64,000 bases of DNA from NCBI GenBank assembly GCA_030265395.1, contig JARFYF010000052.1, forward strand, positions 78,378,941-78,442,940, given 5' to 3'. Each line of letters begins with the position of its first letter. Position 1 is the stretch's first letter. The notes beneath the pieces were generated by a model. That model was not told where the DNA came from, did not search any database, and saw only the letters and a list, made by a program, of their open reading frames with translations. A program made the position numbers and the translations under genes. The stretch is from Rhina ancylostomus. Lineage: Eukaryota. Below, one piece after another: positions 13,255-25,000 of the stretch.

Positions 13255-13640
13255 CCACTGCCCCACAACAATCCAGAATGGCACCTCAACCATTCATTAT
13301 ATTAGTGACTTAATGGACATAACAGCAAACCATATACTCAAATTTTCTAGTGAGATAAGGATTGGTGTAGCAAGTTGTGTAAATGAGATCATAAAATGCA
13401 AAGAGTCATCGATTAAGTAAAATTGTGGTAAGCAAATTTAATGAGTATAACTGAAGATATCCCAGTTGGTCCAAAGAAAGAGAACAATCATATTATTTAA
13501 ATTGTGGAAGCTAGAAGTGGCCTTCTCAAGACCTTAAGAGGTTCATTCACACTGAAATGTAGTAGGCACAAAATGTAATAAAAATTGCCAACAGAAAGTT
13601 TGCCTTTAAATGCAAGTTTAGTGCATGAAGGATTAGGGAG
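13255..13640 (+). mobile_element. Decayed CR1 RT fragment abutting the EVE 5' end
   Basis: Resembles the CR1 'SGVPQGSVLGP.LF.IYINDL...KFADDTKIG' coding region; resumes after the nested LINE at ~14370 ('agaccacatctgaaatactgtgt'). Confidence 0.55.
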
Positions 13641-14360
13641 ATGGTTTCCACCACAGTTGTGGGCCGGATCTCAAATGGCAACAAGATGCAGTACTGGAAG
13701 GAGATAGAAAGTATAGGAGCATGGTGTCAAGACAACAATCTTTTCATGAGTGTCTGCAGAACATGGGGCAGAGTACACACCCCTGTCTGTATCAATGGTG
13801 CTAAGGTGGAGAGCTTCAAGTTCGTAGATGTAAATATCACCAATAATGTGACCTCTCCAGACATATAAAGGCAAGGGCCCAGAAAGTGTAACCATGCCTC
13901 TACTTCATCAGAAGGCTGAAGAAATTTGGAATGTCCCCAATGACCCTCACCAATTTTTACAGATGCACCATTGAAAGCATCATGTCTGGAAGCATCAGAG
14001 CGTGGTATGGAAACTGCTCTGCCCAAGATCTCAAGAAATTGAAGAGAGTTGTGAACATAGCCCAATCTATCACAAAAACCTGCCTCCCCTCAACTGACAT
14101 TGTCTACACTTGCTGCTGCCTTGGGAAAGCAGCCAATATAATAAAAGTCCCTTCCAACCCTTGTCATTCTCTCTTCTCCCCCTTACATTGGGCAGAAGAT
14201 ACAAAAGCTTGGGAAGATATACCGCCAGACTCAAGGACAGCTTCTATCCCTTGGTTTGAATTGACTTCTTGTACAATAAAGAATGATCTGTATCAACTGC
14301 ATACAAACAAAGCTTTTCACAGTATCTTAGTACATGTGACAATAATAAACCAATTATCAA
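13641..14360 (+). mobile_element. Rex1/Babar-like LINE 3' fragment (shared with unit B)
   Basis: ORFs 'WCQDNNL...VESFKF' and 'LTNFYRCTIESIMSGSIRAWYGNCSAQD'; AATAAA tail. Confidence 0.85.
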
Positions 14361-14791
14361 TTATCAGTTAGACCACATCTGAAATACTGTGTAAGGGCTA
14401 TTTTTATTAGACAATCTTCACTTTTGATACTGGCAGGAGATGACACATCTGCTCTTTTTTTAAAAAATACATCCACAGGGATGTGGCGATATTTGGCATT
14501 GCCCAGGAATTGAGGAATCCATTGAAGAGAGACACAACGTTGCTGAAAAACTATACAAGCTGGGGCTATCTGCGGGGATCATTTAAAAAGCATAACATTG
14601 CTGAAAGTGGCAAGTGGATGTTCTAATGTTCATTTGAATTGGGGCAGGGGAAACAATTCAGGGAAAAATAGTATAAAATGTCTCACCTGGTCAGTCTAGT
14701 TTACAGGTTGTTTGGGTGCTTCTTGGAATAAGATAACCAATTTTCTAAATTTAACCTTCCAGCCTCTCAGAAGTGTTGTCTTGCCGTAGTA

Positions 14792-14892
14792 ATGGAGTCT
14801 CGCATGTTACTGCTACTTTTCGCCCTGCTCGTTGCTGTGGGGACTGCTGATGTGACTGGGCCACTGGGGGAGAGCCGCTCTGGTCCCACCAC
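14792..14892 (+). pseudogene. Signal-peptide exon, copy B (truncated by a CR1 insertion)
   Basis: MESRMLLLLFALLVAVGTADVTGPLGESRSGPT; downstream flank resumes at ~16071. Confidence 0.55.
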
Positions 14893-14899
14893 TGCCAGT

Positions 14900-16068
14900 G
14901 GATATGTTACCTGGACCAGATAGACTACACCCCAGGGTTCTAAAAGAGATAGCTGAAGAGATAGTGGAGTCATTAGTAGTGATCTTTCAAGAATCACGGG
15001 AGTCAGGAATGGTTCCAGAAGAATGAAAAATTGCAAATGTCACTCCATTCTTTAAGGAGGTAAAAGACAGGAAACTATAGGACGGTTAACCTGACTTCAG
15101 TGGTTGGTAAGTTGGTAAGAGTCCATTATTAAGAATGAGGTTTTGGGGTACTTGGAAGCACATGACAAAAGTTTCCTGAGAGGGAGATCTTGCCTGACAA
15201 ATCTGTGGAATTCCTTGAAGAAGTAGCAGGCAGTATAAACAAAGGAGAGTCAGTGGCTGTTGTTTACTTGGATTTTCAGAAGGCATTTGACAAAGTGCTG
15301 CACATGAGGCTGCTAAACAAGATAGAAATCCATAGTATTAGAGGAAAGGTACTAGCATGGATAGAAGATTGGCTGACTGACAGAAGGTAAAGAGTGGGAA
15401 TAAAGGTGGCCTTTCCTGATTGGCTGCTGGTGATTAGTGGTGTTCCTCAGGGGTCCGTATGTGGTCAGTTTTATGTTAATGATCTAGGTAATGGAATTGT
15501 TGGCTTTGTGACCAAGTTTGCAAATGATAAAAACATAGGTAGAGGGGCAGGTAGTGTTGAGGAAGCAGGGAGTCTGCAGAAGCACTTGGACAGGTTGGGA
15601 GAATGGGCAAAGAAGTGGCAGATGGTATACAGTCCAGGGAAGTGTATGGTCATGCACTTTGGTGGAAGGAAAAAAGGTGTAGATTATTTTCTAAGTAGGC
15701 AGAGAATTCAGAAATTGGAGGTNNNNNNNNNNNNNNNNNNNNNNNNNNAAATTGGAGGTGCAAGGGGACTTGGGAGTCCTGGTGCAGGATTTACTAAAGG
15801 TTAACTTGCAGGTTGAGTCAGTAGTAATGAAGGTGAATTCAATGTTGGCATTCACTTTAAGAGGACTAGAAGATAAAAGTGAGGCTTTATAAGGTGTTGG
15901 TCAGACCTCAGGCTCTGGATCTATACTCACGAGAGTTTAGAAGGATGAGGGGGGATCTCATTGAAACCTACCGAATATTGAAAGGCCAGGATAGAGTGGA
16001 TGTGGCAAGGATGTTTCTAGTAGTGGGAGAGTCAAGAACCAGAGGACACTGCCTCTGAATAGAAGGAA
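14900..16068 (+). mobile_element. CR1 LINE ORF2 fragment
   Basis: 'VVYLDFQKAFDKVLH', 'SGVPQGSV', 'TKFANDKNIG', 'LGEWAKKWQM'. Confidence 0.9.
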
Positions 16069-17084
16069 CTCAGAATACATGGACTGGCCGACAGCTGGGG
16101 AACGCTGCAGGGTGTGCGGGACCTGAGGCAGGAGATGTGTTCACCGGTCTGCTTTGGTCTCCCACACTGACATAATGGACTGTAAATTGATGGGGTGGGG
16201 TGGGGTGGGATGGGGGGGGCAGGGGGGATTGGTTAATGTTTGACATCTCCTTGCCCGCCTGTCTCTATTTCACACCTAGGACCACGCGGCTAATCTGTGC
16301 ATGGATACAGATTTGTTGCAAATAAGGGCAGGATGGTCGCATCAGGCTTGCTTGATGACTGGGGTTTATCTGATTAATGGTGTCACTTCATGGCAAAAGT
16401 CCCGACGATGAAAAGTATTTGCATGTTTTCATAAGAGTCTCATGACATCCTCATAGTGATTCAGCAAATCTAAGATGTTGTTATAATGTTGTGTTTACCA
16501 AAACTTGCAAAGTGACACAAGTGCAGGAGTATTTTGTTTTGGTCTTTAGAGCCCATTCTGCCGTTCATTGATTAAGGCAGTCCGTCTACTTTGGTTCCTT
16601 TCTCTGTCTCTACCCTCATATCCTGTGGTTCCTGGAAATCATTGAATGAATTGACAATAACTGACCCTCCACTTGGAAGAAAGTCAAAGATTTGGCACTG
16701 AGTGAAGAATTTTTCCTATCTTTGTCTTAAATGGCCCACTCCTGGTTCTAGTCTTTTCATCCAGGAGAAACACCCTGCCTACATCTAACCTGCTGAGCTC
16801 TATCAAAAGTATCAATGAGAGCCCTTGACATTCTAAATTCTTGGATATACAGGCTGAGAATATTCAATCTTTGCCTGGCAAACCTGCCACCCCTGGAACC
16901 AATCCAGCGAACCTTTGCTGCACTTGGTATGGCTAGTCTATTTCTCTTTTAGTAAGGTGACTAAAACTCCACACAACATTCTGAGTGCTGTCTCACAAAG
17001 CTTCCCCACACCATAGAATTGCAGTAAGTCATCTTTACTTGTGACTTGAGTACAAGGTTATACAGGTTCCTTGGAATATTAGCT

Positions 17085-17338
17085 GGCACTGTAGCGTAGC
17101 ACTTAGTGCAACGCTATTACAGTGCCAGCAATTGCGGTTCAATTCCCGTCTCTGCCTGTAAGGCGTTTGTACATTCTCCCCATGTCTGCGTGGGTTTCAT
17201 CTGGGTGCTCTGGTTTCCTCCCACATTCTAAAGATGCACGGGTAGGTTAATTTGGGGTTTAAAATGGGCGGCACAGACTTGTTGGGCCAGAAGGGCCTGT
17301 TACCACGCTGTAAATAAAATTTTAAAAAATTTAAATTT
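17085..17338 (+). mobile_element. tRNA-derived SINE
   Basis: A-box-like 'gtagcgtagcacttag', B-box 'ggttcaattcc', core 'gcgtgggtttc..gggtgctctggtttcctcccacat', A-rich tail; reverse copy at 45880-46070. Confidence 0.85.
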
Positions 17339-18700
17339 AATTCCTCCACTTAAAAATCATCTGCCTTTGTGCACCAGATTGGATAATTTCACATTTTTCT
17401 ACATTATATTGCATGTGTAATGTTCTTGTTGGACACTCACTTAACTTGTCCATATACCCTTGAAGTCTCTATAGTCCTGACTCTCAATCCCACTGTGTTT
17501 TGTATCACTGGCTCCCTTCATTTCTTCTATTGGTCACATCCTCCAAGGACTCCAGTGGATCAGTTAGACATGATTATTCCATGCTTCCTCTGCTGACTCC
17601 TAATCCCCAAATGTTTGGTTATGCATCCTTTATTATAGACTCCTCACCACTGAGGTCAGACTAACTGGTAGTTTTCTGCTTTCTTCTCCCTCAGACAATG
17701 GAGTCCTATTCTCCCTTCCAACGTGAAGGAACAGTTCCATAGTGTACAGCATTTGAAAGAAAACTGGGAACTTGCGGTCTCATCGCCATACTTAAACTCC
17801 AGGATACAGATTATGGGCCCTTGATATCTGCTGGCTTTTACTCTTGCTGACTTTTCTAGATTTTACAAATATTTATTTCCTTCAGTTCCTCATTCTAATC
17901 AGACTTTTAGTTCTCTGGTAATTCTGGCAGGAGTTTATTTTGTGAAGACCGAAATAGTTCTGCTAATTTTTTGTTCTTTCCTTATAATGTAGCCACTTTT
18001 GCCCTTGTAGTCTTTCCCTTTATATAATTACAAGTGCTGAGTCTTTTGTTTCCTGCCAGTTTATTCTTGTGTTCGATATGGCTTTCTATCATTATGTTAG
18101 TCCTGGTCCCAAATGCTCCCAATCTCTGGCAACTTTAAAAACATCTCCCTTGGACTTACTATCATCCATTAATTGCTCCTGTAAGTTGTGTATGGACCAT
18201 ATTTCATGTTGAGTTCTGTACCGAAGGAATACTTTGCTGCAAATTGTTCTCTGAATGTTCACCATAGCCTCGTCACTGTCAGACTCTCTGCTGTATTTTT
18301 CCCAATCCACTATAGCCAGCTATCCCTCAACCTTTGTAGTTTTTAGCTCTGAATTGAACTACATCACTTTCAATATTANNNNNNNNNNNNNNNNNNNNNN
18401 NNNNNNNNNNNNNNNNNNNNNNNNNNNNNNNNNNNNNNNNNNNNNNNNNNNNNNNNNNNNNNNNNNNNNNNNNNNNNNNNNNNNNNNNNNNNNNNNNNNN
18501 NNNNNNNNNNNNNNNNNNNNNNNNNNNNNNNNNNNNNNNNNNNNNNNNNNNNNNNNNNNNNNNNNNNNNNNNNNNNNNNNNNNNNNNNNNNNNNNNNNNN
18601 NNNNNNNNNNNNNNNNNNNNNNNNNNNNNNNNNNNNNNNNNNNNNNNNNNNNNNNNNNNNNNNNNNNNNNNNNNNNNNNNNNNNNNNNNNNNNNNNNNNN

Positions 18701-21582
18701 NAACAGAAGAATCAGCCATTTTTAACAGCTGTTTGTCTGCTACTAAGTATTGTTGTTCGATAACTGAGAACTATTCTGTTTCCAACATTTCAAATAAATA
18801 GCTCTCTGCACTATGTCCCAGATGTGGGATGTGGGATACTTTTGCATGTCTGGAAAGCACAACCTGTCATCTACATAACTTGAATGAAATCTGCAGAGAC
18901 TTTGTTCAGAATGCAGGTAATTTTGATGTACAGGTAAATTTGCAGAGGTTATGATTAGCTCCTCCAGTGGATAAGAGTTTTTAAATAGTTTGCATTAAAT
19001 AAAATCTTGCACAGTCACTCCTTAGACTTGAGAACTGAATCAGTAGTTTTTTTCTGTGGTCACGGTGAATTACTTTGCTATTAAGTAAAATGTGAGCTGT
19101 AGAATAGATATTAAAATTGTGCACTGATTTAAAATTGATGTGCAGTAAATTGACTAAATCAAGGAAAATGAGAATTTTTTCCCAGTCAAGAGTTGCTGTT
19201 GCAAGTCATGGGGGAAATAGCATTAAGATGTGTTCAGTTTATTGAAAAACAGTTGCTTTGCACTGGTACAACCTTCATCTTTCATTCTGAAGTCTCTGGC
19301 TAATTGTAATCAAATCTGCAATAAATCTTTATTGTGTAGGCAAGTTTTCTGTGGTTCTGTTTTGAGCTAAGTGCCCTTGGGATTAGAACTCATAACACTT
19401 CTGTGGCGATCCAACCTGCTGGAAGGGCCAATTTGTGTTTGCACTCAAGGCCTCAATGCCTGCTGTGGATTAACCTGTCTGCTAGGTGGACATTAGTTTT
19501 AAATCAATTTATGGAAATTGAATGGCTGATTTTTATTTCCTCAGAAGCAAACATTTCTCTATGTTTTACAATCTGAGACAATTGCTTTCTGACTCCTGCT
19601 TTCAGGCATGATTGGAAGGATTCCCCTATGACTCCCAAATGACAATGTAGTTGATGTAACCCCCTGATTCAGTTAGCCATCATCAGCCTTTAATCTGCAT
19701 CACTTGATCCTCTGAAATTTTGCTAAACATCCTGTCTTGCATTATTTGACTGCATTTGTCTAGCGGTACCTAAATATTTAACTCTCTTATCAACTTGCAG
19801 CTTCTGGAAATAACAGCAATGCAAGGAACACTCAGCAGGTCGGGAAGCATTGGTGGAAGGAGTTGATGCTCTGAGTATTTTCAGCACTTTCTAATTAATT
19901 CTTGCCCTTGGTCTTATCCCCGACCTGTGATCTGTACCTCACCAATGTCCGTTTGGTTCTCTTGCACATACATCTTTGGTGTCTACGTCTTATTTGGGAA
20001 CTTTCTCCCTGTCCTATGTATTCTGCTTGAAAGCCCTTTTTGGCTTTAAATGATCTTTAATCTAATTCCAATTAATAGACAGTTCTGTGACCTTTCTTGA
20101 ACATTGCTGCATGTGCTATTAGCCAGAGGGTACAAGAACTAAGTGCATTTGAAGACTTTGTATGCTGAAGAATGTTATCGGTAGAATTTATAAAAGCTTA
20201 TTCGGATGTGTTTGCAGCAGTGGAGTGAGCATACAACAGTGCCACTGATCTGCTTGTCAGTGACACATGCTGTGTTTCATTCTTGGTCAGGAACAGCTTG
20301 AGGAATACGCTATAGTACCTTCAACTGTGTATGGGTGCATGATTTTGTACATCATGCTGACTTTTCAATCTTGAGCAGTAATAAGGAATAAAACCAGGTC
20401 CTCCAGAGCCAATGGTTTAACTTCCAACCAGATCTGCTGTGGGGAATGGTTTGCCAATGGCTGTTTTTCAGGTCATAGATTGCAGCTGCTGCAGACTCTC
20501 TTGCTGAATTCGACTTGTGGCTCTCNNNNNNNNNNGTACATCACATCTGCCACGAGGAGCTGCCCCCCCACCCCCTCGGTGATTGAGAAGTTGCCCCCCA
20601 CTACATCAGAATCCCCAGGCCGGAAGTGCGACAATCATTGCCCCCTGTTGGGCATGGTTTGTCAATGGCTGCATTCCACATTGAAGATTCTGGCTGCAGC
20701 AGACTCCCTTGCTGAATTGGACTTGCAGCTCCTCAAATTTAGGTTGAGATTTTGGCTTTTGAAATTAGATTTATCAAGCACTAAATTTTCATGTAATCTG
20801 CTGACTGTATTTGGACTAATAACTATCTAATTTATTCCAGTTGAGATGGCTTTAATCAAAGCCTAGTTAGTCTTGCCTACCTGTAACTTTATACAATTTG
20901 TCCATCAACAGCTACAGAATAACCAGTCAGCCTGAAAACTTGAATTCTTTCCTGGATTGATTTCTAGAAAGTAAAACTGGCACATATGTGATCATGGGAT
21001 TTTTGGATATGTCAGTTTTGATCTCTTGATCAGAAGTTCAGCTTGTGCATGAGCCTGTGACGTGGCTGATATTTGGATAGGCTTAGAATGTGCTGCTGCT
21101 TCTCTACACAGCTGTGTATGAAATCATATCTGACCAAGAGGAAGTGGGAATACCTTGACTTGTGTACTTTTTCCCCTTCCAGGGAAAACAATTCTTCAAA
21201 GATTTCCTGAAGTGCAGTGCCATTGGGATGAAGTCCAGATTCAGCTGCAAAAGTTACCAGACATGCTGCAGTGTAAAGGATCCTTTCTAATGTGCAAGCA
21301 AAATGTTGCAAGGAACATAACATATGTGATCCAGCAAACAGTAATATTGATGCTTTTGTAAACATGATTGATCTTAACAAAATGCTCTTCAAATTGATGA
21401 GCAAATATTGATTTTTATTGCAAATATTCACTGCTATAAATCATCAAAGTACTTAATCAGTTTCTTGGTACAGGTAAATCTGTACTATTGTCCAGAACTT
21501 CCCTCATTGCGATATGGTTTCCTGTGCTGTGTCATTTGATAGGACAAGCTGTTCCATGGGGTTGTTGCAGGAGGAAAACAAC
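18701..21582 (-). pseudogene. EVE copy B1: polymerase-core and C-terminal part of the L-like gene
   Basis: 'FQKPKSQPKFEELQVQ...LTNHAQQ' 20765-20646; 'SQHDVQNHAPIHS.RYYSVFLKLFL' ~20360-20290; 'FQAEYIGQGE' ~20032-20003; 'KISEDQVMQI' ~19720-19692. Confidence 0.7.
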
Positions 21583-21682
21583 NNNNNNNNNNNNNNNNNN
21601 NNNNNNNNNNNNNNNNNNNNNNNNNNNNNNNNNNNNNNNNNNNNNNNNNNNNNNNNNNNNNNNNNNNNNNNNNNNNNNNNNN

Positions 21683-21959
21683 GGTGGTTGTTGAAGAAGC
21701 CTTTACTCATGTTTCACCTTATGGCTTGCTGAACTGAACTTTAAGAACCATTTCTGGACTTAGAGTTTGGAAATTTGCCACGCACACATGACAAGTTTAG
21801 TTAGTTTTTGAGGTTAATGTTTAAGGTTTAACATTTTTACTTCTAACATTCTAACATTTTTATTTCTATTTTTCTTATTATCATTAGTAGTTATTAATAA
21901 AGTAGTTTTTAACACTGAATCTTGACTTAGTGTGTTTCTTTTGTTGCTGGTTCGTAACA
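21683..21959. mobile_element. LTR family 2 fragment (opposite orientation to the 9783 copy)
   Basis: Ends 'gtgtttcttttgttgctggttcgtaaca', the reverse complement of the 9783 start. Confidence 0.7.
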
Positions 21960-22059
21960 CCAGTGTGATTTATGTCTTCCGCAATGACATATGGTTAGTG
22001 TAAATGGAGGCTTAATGTTTGGCATGGGCTCAGTGTGTCCAAGGACTGTTTCTGTGCTC

Positions 22060-25000
22060 TGAAGGTCCCTTTACAATAAAGTGCTGAATTAATCCTTGCC
22101 AATTGGTATTAAGTAGCTTTTCACATTGATAGATACATTTGTCTGTCATCTGTTGCTGTGAGTTTGTCACATCCAGTTTATTCAAAGTTTCCCCAACACT
22201 ATTAATGTATTATCCCTGCTGCATGCTCATTTACGCATCAGTGTTCAAATGCTTATTTTGGGTCTTCATAATAGAATCTTAAGCAATGTTTTAAAGTTGT
22301 TTTATTTTCTACCACTAAGTTTTTCAATAATTGAGAGAACTATTCTGCTTCTAACGGTTGAAGTAAATGCCTGTCTGCACTATGTACCAGAGGTGGAATA
22401 TAATACTTTTGCATGTCTAGAAAACACAACCTGTGATCTAGATGACAGCTTGTATGAAATCTGCAGAGACTTCCTTCAGAATGCAGGCAATTTTTATGTA
22501 CAGGTAAGTTTGGAGACATTGTGATTAGCTCATCCAGTGGGGTTAGATATATTAAATGTTGCATACTGGCTTGAATACTGAACCAGTAGTTTTCGTGGTC
22601 ATGGTGAATTTCTTTGAATAGAATTTGAGATATGGATCAGATGCAAAAATTGAGCACTGATTTAAAACTGAGGTGTAGTAAATTGACTAATTGGAGGAAA
22701 ATGGCAATTCCTGCTATTGCAAGTCATAGTGGGAAAAGCATCAATGTTCAGTTTATTGAAAAAGGGTACTTGCAATGATACAATCTGTATCTTGCATTCC
22801 CAAGTCTCTAGATAATTGTCATTGAATCTAGAGAAATCTTTGAGTTGGCAAAAGTTCTCTGCAGCTTTGTCTTGAGCTGGGTGCCTTTGGGATTTGAAGT
22901 CATAACACTGCAGTAGTGCTTCAACCTGCTGCAAGGGCCAATTTGCACGTTTGCACTCGAGGCCCCAATCTCTGCTACAGATTAACTTGGGTGGACATTG
23001 GTTTCAAGTCAAGTTATGGAAAATGAGCAGCTGATTTTTGTATTCCAGTGGCAAATGTTACTTGAGATTTTACACTCTGAGACAATTGCTTTCTAGCTCC
23101 TGCTGTCAGGTGCCATTCAGGGAAATCACTAATGACTCCCAAACTACATGTCATTGATGTAACCCCCAATTCAGTTAACCATGATTGGTTTTTGGCCTGT
23201 ATCACTTGGTCATGTGAAATGCCAGTAAATATCCTGTAACACTACTATTTGACCACATCGTTCCAGCAGTACTTCAATGTTTGGTTCTCTTTAATTAAAC
23301 TGCAAATCATGGAAATAAAAACAATGCTGAAAGCACTCAGCAGGTCAGGTAGCATTGGTGGATATTGTTGGTAGTCTGAGTCTTTCCAGACCTTTCTCTA
23401 ATTTTTTAAATTTCACCCTTGATCCTACCTGTGATTTGTAAATCACCAATCCCCGTTCTGTTCTCTTGTACAGGCACCCGTGCTGTCTGTGTTATTTGGG
23501 AACATTCTCCTTAATCTATGTATTCTGTTTGAAAGCTTTCTGGCTCAACTTGAGATTTAATGTAATTCCAATTAATAGACAGTTCAGTGCATGTCTTTGA
23601 ACATTGTTGCATGTGGTATGAGCCAGGGTGCAAGAACTAATTGAATTTGAAGACTTTGTAGTGCCGAGAAGACTGGCGAGTAGTATTTATAAAAGCTGAT
23701 CGGGATGTGTCTACAGCAGTGGCGTAATCATGCAACAGTGCCACTGATTTATTTCTTGTCAGTGACAAATCCTGTGCTTCAATCTTGGTCAGGAGTAGCT
23801 TGAGGAATAAGATGTGGTATCTTCTGCTGTAAATCGGTGCAGTGCATTTTGTATATTGCTGCTCAAGATTCAAAAGTCAACACAATAAGAAATACTACCA
23901 GGTCCTCCAGAACCTATGGTTTACTTTTCAACCTGATTTGCTGTTGCACATAGTTTCTCAATGGTTATTTTCCAGATTGAATATTCTGGCTGCAGCAGAC
24001 TCTCTTGCTGAATTGGACTTGCAGCTCTCCAAATTTGGGTTGAGATTTTGGCTTTTGAAATTTGATTTATCAAGACCTCAGTTTCTATTTAACCTGCTGA
24101 CTGTATTTGGAATAGTAACTATTTAATATCGTCTAGCTGTGATAGCTTTAATCAAAGCCTGGTTAGTCTTGCCTACCTGTCACTTTAAGCAACTTGTCCA
24201 TCAATAGCTTAAAATGACCAGTCAGTTATTTGAAAAACTACTCTCCATTACCACTATGTGCCAAATTACTGGCTCTGGATGTTGGTCTCAGTCATGAATA
24301 AGACTTCACTATCAGATTCATTGAAGAATCTATTAATAATTATCCTACATGGTCCAACTTGCAATCATTATGCCTTCCAGTATTTGCCTGATCCAAATGT
24401 GGTAATGCATGATTCCTGTATTTCACAGAGCATACTTGGAATGTGTGAAGGTCCTGCTTCACTGTATTAATATCATTACAGATGCCATGAGAAGTCATCT
24501 GCAATCTTGGCTTGGTTCATCTTTTATAATTTTGAGGCAATTACTGCAAGATTCTTGGATCATACAGAGAACAACACCAACATCTACTAATGAAGGAAAT
24601 GTTCTATTAGATGACAATACTACTTAAGATCACTATTGGAAATGAGGAAACTAAGGAGTCTGGATATAGGTAATGAGACGGTGTAAGTGTTTGACTTGTT
24701 TCCCATAAATATCTGGTGTCAGTAAATTTGAACTCATTCTCAACTGCATGATCAAAACTCCTGAAATTAGTTCTTGATCCTCATTTCAAATGTCACTGAT
24801 CTCCCTGGATAGAACTTTTTGGTTATTATCACAAAGTACCACAAGTTCTTATTGCATTATATCCAAATTTATTGTAAAAACTGTAAAAGATGTACAAATG
24901 CAAGCTAATACATTTCAGTCTTCACTTCACTTCACTTCACTTCACTTCAGTATACACTTCAATTTCAGTAGATTAAACTTCATGTATTGGTTCCATCAAT

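Larger units (their letters stand above)
3555..14365. repeat. Segmental duplication unit A
   Basis: Same order of blocks (upstream flank, signal-peptide exon, decayed CR1, EVE, CR1/Rex LINE) as 14370-28720 and 28740-37370. Confidence 0.85.

Noticed and set aside
22249-22524. Plus-strand ORFs in the repeat resembling an LRR/Toll-like receptor downstream of the signal exon
   Set aside because: No LxxLxLxxN periodicity or TIR motif; they are antisense shadows of the minus-strand L-like frame
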